Assembly (NCBI GenBank): GCA_934155185.1
Contig: CAKPGT010000005.1
Coordinates: 3,715 to 67,714 of the forward strand
Reading direction: 5' to 3'
From: an uncultured Bacilli bacterium
GTDB lineage: Bacteria; Bacillota_I; Bacilli_A; RF39; UBA660
DNA length: 64,000 bases
In this document: in pieces, positions 9,046 to 18,851 of the stretch
Numbering within the stretch: the first letter of the stretch is position 1
Layout: each line of letters starts with the position of its first letter
Translations under genes and position numbers: made by a program
The notes under the pieces: model-generated
Told to the model about the DNA's origin: nothing
Databases searched by the model: none
What the model saw: only the letters and a program-made list of their open reading frames with translations

Positions 9046-10386
9046 ATGATAACAAAACCAAAAGGAACAAAAGATATATATGGCAGTGAGGCTAAAAAAT
9101 GGCAATATGTATCAAAAGTAATTGATGAGGTAATGGAAAAATATAACTATAATTTTATACGTGTACCAGTTTTTGAATCAAGTGAATTATTTCACAGGGG
9201 TGTTGGTGAGACAACTGATATTGTAACTAAGGAAACATATGATTTTACGGATCGTGGTGGAAGGTGTATGACGCTTCGCCCAGAGGGTACTGCTGGTGTT
9301 GTAAGAAGTTTTATTGAAAATAAGATGTATGGCGATAATAATCAGCCAGTAAAATTATATTATAATTGTCCAATGTACAGATATGAAAGACCTCAAGCAG
9401 GAAGGTATAGGGAACTTACTCAGTTTGGATACGAACTTATTGGTTCAGATGATCCAATTGCTGATGCAGAAGTAATATCTCTTGCAGTTAATATCTATAA
9501 AATTTTAGGACTAAAAGGAATAAGGGTTAATATAAACTCATTAGGTGATAAGGAATCTAGAGAAAACTATAGGCTAGCATTAATTAATCATTTTAAGCCA
9601 CACATAAATGAGTTATGTTCTGATTGCAAAGAAAGATTAGAAAAAAATCCGCTTAGAATACTAGATTGTAAAGTAGATTGTGATAAGGAAATAATGAAAA
9701 ATGCTCCTAAAACAATAGATTATTTAAATAAAGAATCTAAAGAAAGATTTGAAAAAGTAAAAGAATATCTTAATGTTATGAAAGTTGAGTTTGTAATTAA
9801 TCCAAGCGTTGTACGTGGGCTTGATTATTACAATCATACTGTATTTGAAGTAGAGGCTGAAATTGAAGGTTTTGGAGCTCAAAATGTTATTGGCGGCGGT
9901 GGACGCTATAATGGCATGATAGAGCAGTTAGGTGGTCCATCAACCCCTGCTATTGGCTTTGCTTCAGGATTTGATAGACTAATGTTAGCACTTGAAAAAG
10001 AAAACGTTAAAATACCAATTACTGATAGTGTAGATTTATTCTTGCTGTATGTAAATGAAGATGAGAAAAAGTACGCTTTATATTTGTCCAATGAGCTTAG
10101 AATGAATGGTTTTATAGTTGAAACAGATTATTTATCAAGGAGTTTAAAAGCACAATTTAAGCAAGCAGACAGACTAAATAGTAAATTTACTATTGTTCTT
10201 AATAGTGAAGAACTAAAAAACAATGAAGTTAAAATTAAAAATAATAAAACTAAAGAAGAAAACACGATATCTATTAATGCACTAATATATTATTTAGATG
10301 AAAATATAGAAGAAGATGAGTGCTGTTCCCACGATGAGTGCACCTGCTCATGTGATAACGAATGCGAGTGTGATAATCATAAATAA
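9046..10386 (+). CDS. hisS: Histidine--tRNA ligase with a Cys-rich C-terminal extension
   Basis: Class II motifs are present (RPEGTAGVVR, YRYERPQAGRYRE, GGGGRYNGM). An anticodon-binding domain follows. The tail is EEDECCSHDECTCSCDNECECDNHK. Confidence 0.92.
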   Translation: MITKPKGTKDIYGSEAKKWQYVSKVIDEVMEKYNYNFIRVPVFESSELFHRGVGETTDIVTKETYDFTDRGGRCMTLRPEGTAGVVRSFIENKMYGDNNQPVKLYYNCPMYRYERPQAGRYRELTQFGYELIGSDDPIADAEVISLAVNIYKILGLKGIRVNINSLGDKESRENYRLALINHFKPHINELCSDCKERLEKNPLRILDCKVDCDKEIMKNAPKTIDYLNKESKERFEKVKEYLNVMKVEFVINPSVVRGLDYYNHTVFEVEAEIEGFGAQNVIGGGGRYNGMIEQLGGPSTPAIGFASGFDRLMLALEKENVKIPITDSVDLFLLYVNEDEKKYALYLSNELRMNGFIVETDYLSRSLKAQFKQADRLNSKFTIVLNSEELKNNEVKIKNNKTKEENTISINALIYYLDENIEEDECCSHDECTCSCDNECECDNHK

Positions 10387-10879
10387 AGAGTCTTATATAA
10401 ATGAATTTTTACCATTAAGTGATATAGATAAAATTAAAGAATACGATGGCTTTGTATCACCTGATGGAAAGTTTTATCCTGTAAGTATTAAAAACAAACA
10501 TAACCCAACGCATCATGAGTGGGCGTACAACTATGTAACAAAAAAATTGGACTATATTAAAAAGTTATCTAACCCATCAAATAGTTTTTTATACACTATA
10601 TCTAGACTAAAAAGTAAACAAGATATATTGATACATTTTTATGGATATATATACTATGGGCACAATGCTTTTACTAAAAGATCAATAATAATATATCCTG
10701 ATAACACAATAAATAATATATATGTTACAGAAAAACAGTTAGATATGCTTTTTAAAATATTAAGAGTTAACTGCGAAATAGATGAATTATATGCAAATTA
10801 TGAAGAGAAAATAATTGAAGATAGACATGAAAAATATGTTGATGAATTAATATCTAAAGAAATAGAAAGGAATATATAA
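10316..10879 (+). CDS. Hypothetical protein between hisS and aspS (start uncertain)
   Basis: The ORF is open from 10316 and overlaps the hisS tail in another frame. Candidate starts are ATG 10316, ATG 10334 or in-frame GTGs around 10349-10367. It ends 1 nt before aspS. I recognise no family. Confidence 0.5.
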   Translation: MSAVPTMSAPAHVITNASVIIINKESYINEFLPLSDIDKIKEYDGFVSPDGKFYPVSIKNKHNPTHHEWAYNYVTKKLDYIKKLSNPSNSFLYTISRLKSKQDILIHFYGYIYYGHNAFTKRSIIIYPDNTINNIYVTEKQLDMLFKILRVNCEIDELYANYEEKIIEDRHEKYVDELISKEIERNI

Positions 10880-10880
10880 T

Positions 10881-12182
10881 ATGATAAATTTTAAAGAATA
10901 TTTTGATAAAGAAATAACGATTTCTGGCTTTGCTGAAAAAGTTAGAAATTTACAGTGGGTACAGTTTATTGTACTTAGAAATGGAACACAAAGAGTTCAA
11001 ATAACTATAGAAAAATCTGTAGAAGAAAATAAAGAAATGATAGATAAGGTAGCTACTTTAACTAATGAGTCTACTATTAAGGTAACCGGTATACTAAAGG
11101 AAAATGACAAGGTTAAAATGGGTGGTATGGAAATTATTCCATCAAGTATTGAGATAACTTCACTATCTGCACCAGAACTTCCTATTAATATAACAAATAA
11201 AGATGCAGCTTTAATAGATACTAGAATGGATAACAGATTTCTTGATTTAAGAAATGATGTGAATTTTAACATATTTAAAATTCAAAGTGAATTTGTAAGA
11301 GCTATGAGACAGTATCTTTATGATAATGACTTTACAGAGATTCACACTCCAAAACTTATTGGAGCTGCATCAGAGTCTGGTAGTGAGGTATTTGAGATAA
11401 AATATTTTGATACAAAAGCATATCTTGCACAGTCACCACAATTTTATAAACAGATGGCTATGGCATCAGGTTTTGGAAAGGTATTTGAAGTAGCACCATG
11501 CTTTAGAGCAGAAAACTCAAATACTAATAGACATGCTACAGAATTTACATCATTTGATATTGAGTTTAGTTATATTAATTCTTATGAAGATGTAATGAAT
11601 TTAGAAGAAGAATTAATTGTTGCAGGACTTAAGAGTGTAAAGGAAAAATACGGAGATTTAATAAAGGAATTGTATGGTGTTGATGTTGTTGTACCTACAA
11701 GACCATTTCCTAGAATAAAGCTTCAAGATTTATATAAAGAATTATCCAGCAAATATGGCTATAAAATTCCAGAACATGATGTAGGTGATATGAATGCTGA
11801 AGCTGAAAAACTAACAAGTAGATATGCTATGGAAACATATGGTCATGAATTTATATTTGTAACAGACTTTAGCAAAACAAAAAGAGCATTTTATCATATG
11901 AGAAAAAACGATATTCCGCAAGGATATGACCTCATATGGAAAGGTACTGAAATAACAACAGGAGCCCAAAGAGAGCATAGATATGACGTGCTAGAAGCAC
12001 AGGCTAAAGAAAAGGGTCTAGGTGATGATATTAAATTCTATAAAGACTTCTTTAAATATGGCTGCCCACCACATGGTGGATTTGCTCTTGGTATAGATAG
12101 AATGACTATGCTTTTACTTGGACTTCCATCTCTTAAAGAAACTATGTTTATATTTAGAGGTCCTAATAGAATTACTCCATAA
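10881..12182 (+). CDS. aspS: Aspartate--tRNA ligase, short archaeal/eukaryal-type class IIb enzyme
   Basis: 433 aa. Motifs are LAQSPQFYKQ (QSPQ is an Asp-recognition signature rather than Asn), FRAENSNTNRHATEF and GGFALGIDRMTMLL. Confidence 0.78.
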   Translation: MINFKEYFDKEITISGFAEKVRNLQWVQFIVLRNGTQRVQITIEKSVEENKEMIDKVATLTNESTIKVTGILKENDKVKMGGMEIIPSSIEITSLSAPELPINITNKDAALIDTRMDNRFLDLRNDVNFNIFKIQSEFVRAMRQYLYDNDFTEIHTPKLIGAASESGSEVFEIKYFDTKAYLAQSPQFYKQMAMASGFGKVFEVAPCFRAENSNTNRHATEFTSFDIEFSYINSYEDVMNLEEELIVAGLKSVKEKYGDLIKELYGVDVVVPTRPFPRIKLQDLYKELSSKYGYKIPEHDVGDMNAEAEKLTSRYAMETYGHEFIFVTDFSKTKRAFYHMRKNDIPQGYDLIWKGTEITTGAQREHRYDVLEAQAKEKGLGDDIKFYKDFFKYGCPPHGGFALGIDRMTMLLLGLPSLKETMFIFRGPNRITP

Positions 12183-12199
12183 ATAAATTAATAATGTAA

Positions 12200-12227
12200 A
12201 GACTTCACACAGCGTGAAGTTTTTATT
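12200..12227 (+). terminator. Intrinsic terminator after aspS
   Basis: acttcac-acagc-gtgaagt followed by ttttatt. Confidence 0.75.
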
Positions 12228-12263
12228 GTTTTTTAAAAGAAAATAATATATAATTATTTTAGT

Positions 12264-12935
12264 ATGAGGATAGGAAGCGATAGTATGAGAAATGACCTAC
12301 TTGATTTAGAAACTGATTTTGCTAATAACGAGTATTTTGGTACTAATGTATGGACAGAAGAAAAATACCGTGTTATAAGTGGTGGAAATAAAGTTCTTTT
12401 ATCAGCACCACACTCAGTTAATCAAATTCGTGGCGATGATGTAAGGGATGCTGAAAAATATACAGGTGCACTTGTTAGATATTTATGTAACTCAACTAGC
12501 TCATATGGTATATTTGAAATATTTACACACGCTGATCCTAATAATGATATAGAAAATGACTATAAAAACGCAGTCATTAACCTAATTAATACTTATAATA
12601 TTAAATTATTAATAGACGTTCACTCTAGTAAATTTAAAGACGATACAGATATTGATATAGTTACAAATAAAAGAGAAACTTTGGTAGGTAAAAATGAGTT
12701 ATTTGATAAAATAAAAGACCTTGGGGTGAGATATAATTTAAAAATAGATGAAAATAATGTTCCAAACAAAGATATGGAAAATGAAATAATAAGTGTATCA
12801 TCATTATTATGCGGTATTCCATCTATTAGAGTAGTTATAAATGAAGAAAAACTAGATGTTATAGGTAATGAAGAGATAGTTTCAAAAATCGTAAACTTAC
12901 TTGAAGAATTTATATCATATTTTAATTATTCTTAA
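12264..12935 (+). CDS. Hypothetical protein, possibly N-formylglutamate amidohydrolase-like fold
   Basis: LLSAPHSVNQIR and LLIDVHSS resemble FGase-family motifs, but this is a weak memory-based call. The more likely start is ATG 12285, preceded by AGGATAGGAAG. Confidence 0.4.
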   Translation: MRIGSDSMRNDLLDLETDFANNEYFGTNVWTEEKYRVISGGNKVLLSAPHSVNQIRGDDVRDAEKYTGALVRYLCNSTSSYGIFEIFTHADPNNDIENDYKNAVINLINTYNIKLLIDVHSSKFKDDTDIDIVTNKRETLVGKNELFDKIKDLGVRYNLKIDENNVPNKDMENEIISVSSLLCGIPSIRVVINEEKLDVIGNEEIVSKIVNLLEEFISYFNYS

Positions 12936-12989
12936 TGTAAAATTATAATATTTACTTGTATATTTATACTAATTAGTGATATAATATAG

Positions 12990-13168
12990 ATGTCCTGGAG
13001 ATATCGCAAGCTAGCACATTTAACCCGCTAAGATATTATAGGGAATCAGAATCAATGATGGTGTTCATGCTTAAATTTATTTAAGAAGTCTAAAGTCATT
13101 GTGGGATGCCCACCTGCTTTGTTTGCAGGTTTATCTTGTTAGTAAGCGACCCTCTGGGTCATTTTTTG
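12990..13168 (+). ncRNA. ssrS: 6S RNA candidate (about 180 nt)
   Basis: Extended -10 promoter TGaTATAAT at 12977-12985. The 5' end AUGUCCUGGAG..UCGC pairs with the 3' end GCGA..CCUCUGGGUCAU to close a rod-like fold with internal loops. There is an apical hairpin (CUUAAAU-UUA-UUUAAG) and a 3'-side hairpin (CCUGC-UUUGUUU-GCAGG). It ends in a U-run at 13162-13167. Its position between aspS and tcdA matches B. subtilis bsrA as I recall it. Confidence 0.62.
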
Positions 13169-13187
13169 TTATAATGAGGTAAAAACT

Positions 13188-13868
13188 ATGAATAGAGAAT
13201 TAAGGACTGAAAAAATAATTGGAAAAAGTAATATAAATAAACTTAAAAATACATCTGTCTTGCTAGTTGGAGTGGGTGGGGTAGGCGGCTCTTGCCTTGA
13301 GATGTTAGCAAGATCTGGCATTGGAAATATTACCATAGTTGATTATGATATATTTGAGGAAAGTAATTTAAATAGACAAATTTTAAGTTTAGAAAATAAT
13401 ATTGGCGAATGTAAAACAACAGTTGCCAAAAAAAGAGTAAAAAGTATAAATTCAGATATAGTAGTTAAAGAAATAAATAAAAAGTTAGATGATGTAGTAA
13501 TTAATGAAATACCAAGAACTAATTATATAATAGATGCATGTGATGATATTAATGCAAAAGTGCTATTAATTAAATATGCTATTAAAAATAATATTAAAAT
13601 AATATCATCATGTGGTACGGGAAATAGGATTAAACCTTCTAAGCTTAAAGTTTCTAACATATGGAAAACAGAATATGATCCACTTGCAAAAAAATTAAGA
13701 CAATATCTTAGAAAAGAAAATATAAGCTATAAAGTACCAGTTGTATATTCTGAAGAAGTGCCATTAATAAAATCTAGTGGATATGTAGGTTCTATGGCAA
13801 TGGTACCTAATTGTGCTGGAATCATGCTTGCTAGTTATGTTATAAATGATGTCATAAAAGGCATATAA
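13188..13868 (+). CDS. tcdA: tRNA threonylcarbamoyladenosine dehydratase (ThiF/E1-like)
   Basis: 226 aa. It has a Rossmann GxGxxG motif (VGVGGVGG) and typical TcdA/YrvM length and context. Confidence 0.8.
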   Translation: MNRELRTEKIIGKSNINKLKNTSVLLVGVGGVGGSCLEMLARSGIGNITIVDYDIFEESNLNRQILSLENNIGECKTTVAKKRVKSINSDIVVKEINKKLDDVVINEIPRTNYIIDACDDINAKVLLIKYAIKNNIKIISSCGTGNRIKPSKLKVSNIWKTEYDPLAKKLRQYLRKENISYKVPVVYSEEVPLIKSSGYVGSMAMVPNCAGIMLASYVINDVIKGI

Positions 13869-13930
13869 TATATTGAATTATCTTGAATTAAATGATACAA
13901 TTATTACAGTAAAATGGGAGTTGAAAATAG

Positions 13931-15211
13931 ATGAAAAAGAAAATAATATTAATGCTATTTTTTCTAATAAGCATATTTACATTTAATGCTAATGTAATAG
14001 CCTTAGATGATTTTAATATAGAATGTCCGAAGTCAATTATAGCAGGTACACCATTTACATGTAATATTACGACTAGTAAAACCATAATGATTAATACGGA
14101 CTTGAAAGTTTATGAAGGATCAACATTACTTAAAACTAGTGGTAAAATCACATTTAAAGCTGCTAAGGAAGGCACATACGATATAAGTTTAACAAGTGAA
14201 GATAACGTAAATACATATAAAACCCTTACTATAAATGTTACTAAAGCACCTGAAGTTACAACAACTACCACTACAAAGAAAAAATCTAGTAATAATTTCT
14301 TAAAAACTATAACTATAAATGGTGAGGCTTTGGATGTTTTTGCTAAAGACAAAACAAAATACTATTTAGATGTTACAAATGATGTAACTAAAATAACTAT
14401 AGATGCTAAGGCGGAAGAGGAAAGTGCTAATGTAGAAATAAACGGTTCTAAAAGTCTTGAAGTTGGTGATAATGAATATACTATTGGTGTTACAGCTGAG
14501 GATAATTCAACTAAATTTTATAAAATTATAGTCACTAGAGCAGAGGGAGCTAAATCCTCAAATACTGATATAAAGAGTATAAAGATAAAGGGATACAAAT
14601 TAAGTTTTGATAAAAGTTCAAAGACATTTTATTTGAATGTTGCCAAAGAAGATACAGAACTTGACATAACAGTTAATACTAGTGATAAAAATGCTAGCTA
14701 TGAAATTAAAGATAATGAAAATTTAAAAGATGGTAGTGAAATAAAGATAATTGTTACCGCTGAGGATGGAAAAACTGATACATATAGAATTATAATTCAA
14801 AAAAATAGTAAAAGTATAATGCCTATTATTATAATTGCTAGTGCTGTTTTAGTAATTATATTATTGATAATATTAATCATTATTACAAAAAAGAAAAAGA
14901 AGAATAAAAATAATAAGGAAAATAATTCAGAAAAAAATAACGATATTAAAAAAGTATATAGTAAAAAAGCAGATAATAAAGTAAATACATATGAAAATGA
15001 GAAAACCATTGAAATGAAAACAATTAGTAGTCCTAGTAATATTCATACTGAAGTTATGAATGATGACGTTCATATTGACAATGACGAAGAAGCTACTAGA
15101 ATATTTACTTATGAAAAAGATGATATTTTACCTAATCAAGATGAAGATATTACTAATAAAATAAATGAAACTATCGAAAAAAGCTTAACATTTGATGATG
15201 AAGACATTTAA
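13931..15211 (+). CDS. Surface-anchored protein with tandem cadherin-like beta-sandwich domains, one TM helix and a Lys/Asn-rich cytoplasmic tail
   Basis: Signal peptide present. Two repeats of about 90 aa (LKTITINGEALD...YKIIVTR and IKSIKIKGYKLSF...YRIIIQK). TM helix IMPIIIIASAVLVIILLIILIII followed by KKKKKNKNNK. Confidence 0.7.
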   Translation: MKKKIILMLFFLISIFTFNANVIALDDFNIECPKSIIAGTPFTCNITTSKTIMINTDLKVYEGSTLLKTSGKITFKAAKEGTYDISLTSEDNVNTYKTLTINVTKAPEVTTTTTTKKKSSNNFLKTITINGEALDVFAKDKTKYYLDVTNDVTKITIDAKAEEESANVEINGSKSLEVGDNEYTIGVTAEDNSTKFYKIIVTRAEGAKSSNTDIKSIKIKGYKLSFDKSSKTFYLNVAKEDTELDITVNTSDKNASYEIKDNENLKDGSEIKIIVTAEDGKTDTYRIIIQKNSKSIMPIIIIASAVLVIILLIILIIITKKKKKNKNNKENNSEKNNDIKKVYSKKADNKVNTYENEKTIEMKTISSPSNIHTEVMNDDVHIDNDEEATRIFTYEKDDILPNQDEDITNKINETIEKSLTFDDEDI

Positions 15212-15223
15212 AAAGTAAAGAGA

Positions 15224-16438
15224 TTAATTTTCTTTACTTTTTCTTTTTTCTATATTTTTTAGTGTCTCGGCAAGTACGTGCTCGTATTTATTATTTTTAG
15301 GTTTGTAATAAACTCTATTTTTTAATTCATCAGGTAAGTATTGTTGAACGACATAACTTCCAGGATAGTCATGAGGGTATTTATAGCCAAAGCCTTGCGC
15401 ATTTATATGACTTGGAATCTTTGGAGTGTTACCATTTTCTACATCCTTTAAGGCTAGTTCTAATGCTACATGGGCACTATTTGATTTAGGAGAAAGGCAC
15501 ATATCTATAATCATACATCCAAGTGGTATTCTAGCCTCTGGAAGTCCAATTCTTTCACATGCATTTATACATGCATCAACTCTAACTCCAATATTTGGAT
15601 TAGCAAGTCCTATGTCTTCATAAGCAATAACACTCATTCTTCTATATATACTATCTAAGTCACCAGAAGATATTAGCCTTGCTAAATAGTGGAGTGCTGC
15701 ATTAACATCAGACCCTCTTATTGATTTTTGAAAAGCTGATAAAACGTCATAATGTCCCGTTTCATTTTCATCCATTGAATTAGCTGCTTTGTTATTTACA
15801 CTTTTAATTAATTCATTTGTTATAACTTTATTGCCAGCATAGTAAGCAATCTCAAGCAAGTTTATTGCAAACCTATAATCTCCATTAGATATAGTTGCAA
15901 TAAGATTTAACGAATCATTATCAATTTTTATATCGGGTAATTCTTTAATAACTTTTTTAAGTCCTAACACTATATCACTACTGTTTAACGAATAAAGTTC
16001 AAATATTTGGCACCTACTTCTTATTGCAGGGTTAATTTTGTGATATGGATTAGAAGTAGTAAGACCAATTAAAATAATTTTTCCATTTTCAAGTAAAGGA
16101 AGTAAAAGATCTTGCTTATCTTTATTTAGTCTATGTATCTCATCTACTACTAATACAATAACATCATATATCTTAGTTTCTTCGAAAACAACTTCAAAAT
16201 CCTTCTTATTATTAACAGTTGCATTTAAAAATCTATGTCTAATTCCAAGTTCATTTACCATAGCACTAGCGATAGAAGTTTTTCCAATACCCGGTGGTCC
16301 ATATAAAATCATTGAGAAAATACGCCCATTTTTAACAAAATTTGTTAGTATTTTACCATCTCCAATAAGATGCGTTTGACCTATAATATCACTCAATTTA
16401 TTTGGCCTTAATCTATTTGCAAGTGGTTCATTATTCAT
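15224..16438 (-). CDS. rarA: Replication-associated recombination protein A (MgsA/RarA AAA+ ATPase)
   Basis: Walker A GPPGIGKTS, Walker B VVDEIHRLN, and a C-terminal MgsA domain (YDVLSAFQKSIRGSD). Confidence 0.92.
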   Translation of the reverse strand: MNNEPLANRLRPNKLSDIIGQTHLIGDGKILTNFVKNGRIFSMILYGPPGIGKTSIASAMVNELGIRHRFLNATVNNKKDFEVVFEETKIYDVIVLVVDEIHRLNKDKQDLLLPLLENGKIILIGLTTSNPYHKINPAIRSRCQIFELYSLNSSDIVLGLKKVIKELPDIKIDNDSLNLIATISNGDYRFAINLLEIAYYAGNKVITNELIKSVNNKAANSMDENETGHYDVLSAFQKSIRGSDVNAALHYLARLISSGDLDSIYRRMSVIAYEDIGLANPNIGVRVDACINACERIGLPEARIPLGCMIIDMCLSPKSNSAHVALELALKDVENGNTPKIPSHINAQGFGYKYPHDYPGSYVVQQYLPDELKNRVYYKPKNNKYEHVLAETLKNIEKRKSKEN

Positions 16439-16559
16439 ATTAATCGCCTCATTAATATTATATCAATGTTAAGTTAATTTGTAAAATAGCTATATGTAGC
16501 ATTGAAAAAAACTCATCTATTATGTATACTATTATATGTAGATTAGGGGTGGGTATGCC

Positions 16560-17444
16560 ATGCAAGATTTGATAAATGAATATACAAATTATATATATAT
16601 AGAAAAAAAGCTTAGTAATAATACAAAAGATGCTTATAAAAGAGATTTAATATCATTTAGTAATTATCTTAATAATAAAGAGATAAGTAAAATTAATAGT
16701 ACTGACATAAAAAGTTATATTAAACATTTAAATGATATAAAGGATAAAGATAGAACAATTGCTAGAAAAATAGTTAGTGTAAGAACTTTTTTTGACTATC
16801 TTATGATGAATAAAATAATAAAGGAAAATCCATGTGAAAAAATTGAATCCCCTAAACTTAGAAAGAGTTTACCTAAAGTATTAAGTATAGAAGATGTTGA
16901 CAAATTACTTAGTCTTAAAGCAAATACTCCACTAGAATATAGGAATAAAGCTATGATAGAGCTTATGTATGATGCTGGTTTAAGAGTAAGTGAGCTCGTT
17001 AATTTAGAAGTTAATAATATTAATTTAAAAGATTGCTATGTAAGATGTTTTGGTAAGGGTAAAAAAGAGAGAATAGTACCTCTTGGAGATATAGCAATAG
17101 AAGTATTAGATAAGTATATAAATATATATAGAGATTCATTATTAAAAGGATACTTTACTGATAAATTATTTATTAGTAGCTATGGAAAGGGAATTACGAG
17201 GCAAGGCTTTTTTAAGATACTTAAAAGTGAGGCTAAAAAAGCAGGCATTACAAAGGAATTTTCACCTCACACACTAAGACATTCATTTGCAACACATTTA
17301 CTTGAATATGGGGCTGATTTAAGCTCTATAAGTGAATTATTAGGACATGAAAACGTTAAAACAACACAGATATATACACATATATCAAATAATAAAAAAA
17401 GAAAGGATTACGAGGAGTATCATCCACGTAATAAAATGGTATAA
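16560..17444 (+). CDS. xerD: Tyrosine recombinase XerD-like
   Basis: A SAM-like N-terminal domain plus the catalytic motifs HTLRHSFATHLL and LLGHENVKTTQIYTH. Confidence 0.85.
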   Translation: MQDLINEYTNYIYIEKKLSNNTKDAYKRDLISFSNYLNNKEISKINSTDIKSYIKHLNDIKDKDRTIARKIVSVRTFFDYLMMNKIIKENPCEKIESPKLRKSLPKVLSIEDVDKLLSLKANTPLEYRNKAMIELMYDAGLRVSELVNLEVNNINLKDCYVRCFGKGKKERIVPLGDIAIEVLDKYINIYRDSLLKGYFTDKLFISSYGKGITRQGFFKILKSEAKKAGITKEFSPHTLRHSFATHLLEYGADLSSISELLGHENVKTTQIYTHISNNKKRKDYEEYHPRNKMV

Positions 17445-17446
17445 AT

Positions 17447-18802
17447 ATGGAGATAGTAAAAGAAGCATTTAGAAGCTATGATATAAGGGGAGTATATGGC
17501 AGTGAAATAACTAATGAACTTGCTTATTTAGTTGGAAGAGCATTTGGAAGTATTTCAAAAAACGTAGTAATTGTAGGCCATGATGCTAGAGTATCATCTA
17601 ATGCACTTAATACGAATTTAATAAAAGGACTAATGGAATCCGGAGTTAAAGTAATCGATATAGGATTAGTTACGACGCCTATGCTTTATTATGCAAGAGA
17701 ATTATTTAATGAGCCATATGCTATTATGATAACGGCATCACACTGCGCTAAGGAATATAATGGCTTTAAGCTATGTGATGATACTGGATGCATGTATGGG
17801 AACGAAATACAAGAACTTTTAAATTTCATATTAAAAGGTGAATTTAAAAAAGCTCATGGTATGGTTGAACCTTATGATATAACATATGATTACAGAAAAT
17901 TAATGAATAATAAAATAAATATTGGCAGTAGAAAACTAAAAGTAGTTGTAGACTGTGGTAATGGAACTACATCTTATATTAACCCTTCTATAATTAAAGA
18001 TTGGGGTGTTAATTTAATACCATTATACTGCGATTCTAATCCAGATTTCCCAAATCATATACCAGATCCTGCAGTTGAAGATAATATGATTGACTTAGAG
18101 CGAAAAGTAAAAGAAGAAGGTGCTGATTTAGGTATTGCTTTTGATGGTGATGGTGACAGAATTGGAATAGTAGATGAAAAAGGAAACTTAGTCAAAACTG
18201 ATATGTTCATGCTTATAATATGGAAATCTATTTATAAAACCTGCAAGAATAAGACAGCATCTTTTGATGTAAAATGTTCTAAAGCTTTAAAAGAATCTCT
18301 AGAAGCACTAGGTCTTAAAACAGCATATAATAAAACGGGGCACTCTTACCTTAAAAAAGCTATTAAAGATAATAATTACGATTTTGCTGGTGAATTTTCA
18401 GGTCATGTATGTTTTAATGATGAATTTTATGGTTATGATGATGCATTATATGCTGCAGGAAGATTACTTAGAATTTTATCTAATACAGATAGCAATGTAT
18501 CTGACTATTTTATAGGTGTTCCAAAATATGTAACATCTAAGGAAGAATATATAAGAGTTGGAGAAGAAAATAAGGATAGAATTGTTAATAAAGTAAAGGA
18601 ATACGCTATATCTAAAGGTTATGAACTAATTACAATTGATGGTGTTAGAATAGAATATCAAGGAGGTTTTGCACTTGTTAGGAAATCAAACACTTCACCA
18701 TGTTTAACTGTAAGATTTGAAGGTAAAACAGAAGAAGAGATGAATATGCATAAAGAAGAAATAATGAATTTAATAAATGAAGAAGTAGCTAACGCACGAT
18801 AA
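17447..18802 (+). CDS. Phosphomannomutase/phosphoglucomutase-family alpha-D-phosphohexomutase
   Basis: Metal loop FDGDGDR, sugar loop GEFSGH, and a phosphoserine loop TASHCAKEYNGFK that deviates from the canonical SHNP form. Confidence 0.82.
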   Translation: MEIVKEAFRSYDIRGVYGSEITNELAYLVGRAFGSISKNVVIVGHDARVSSNALNTNLIKGLMESGVKVIDIGLVTTPMLYYARELFNEPYAIMITASHCAKEYNGFKLCDDTGCMYGNEIQELLNFILKGEFKKAHGMVEPYDITYDYRKLMNNKINIGSRKLKVVVDCGNGTTSYINPSIIKDWGVNLIPLYCDSNPDFPNHIPDPAVEDNMIDLERKVKEEGADLGIAFDGDGDRIGIVDEKGNLVKTDMFMLIIWKSIYKTCKNKTASFDVKCSKALKESLEALGLKTAYNKTGHSYLKKAIKDNNYDFAGEFSGHVCFNDEFYGYDDALYAAGRLLRILSNTDSNVSDYFIGVPKYVTSKEEYIRVGEENKDRIVNKVKEYAISKGYELITIDGVRIEYQGGFALVRKSNTSPCLTVRFEGKTEEEMNMHKEEIMNLINEEVANAR

Positions 18803-18851
18803 TGATGCACACTAAAGCGTAATTATAATTTATATATAATGCTATACAAAA

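Noticed and set aside
14110-15009. Antisense ORFs 14110-14352 and 14797-15009 within the surface-protein gene.
   Set aside because: They are mirror frames of Lys/Thr-rich coding sequence, which gives poly-Phe/Val stretches. They are not supported by any start context.
16560-17444. The tyrosine recombinase as a possible marker of an integrated mobile element.
   Set aside because: It is a full-length XerD-type protein in a core context (rarA upstream, phosphohexomutase downstream). I saw no flanking direct repeats, no adjacent tRNA and no cargo genes.
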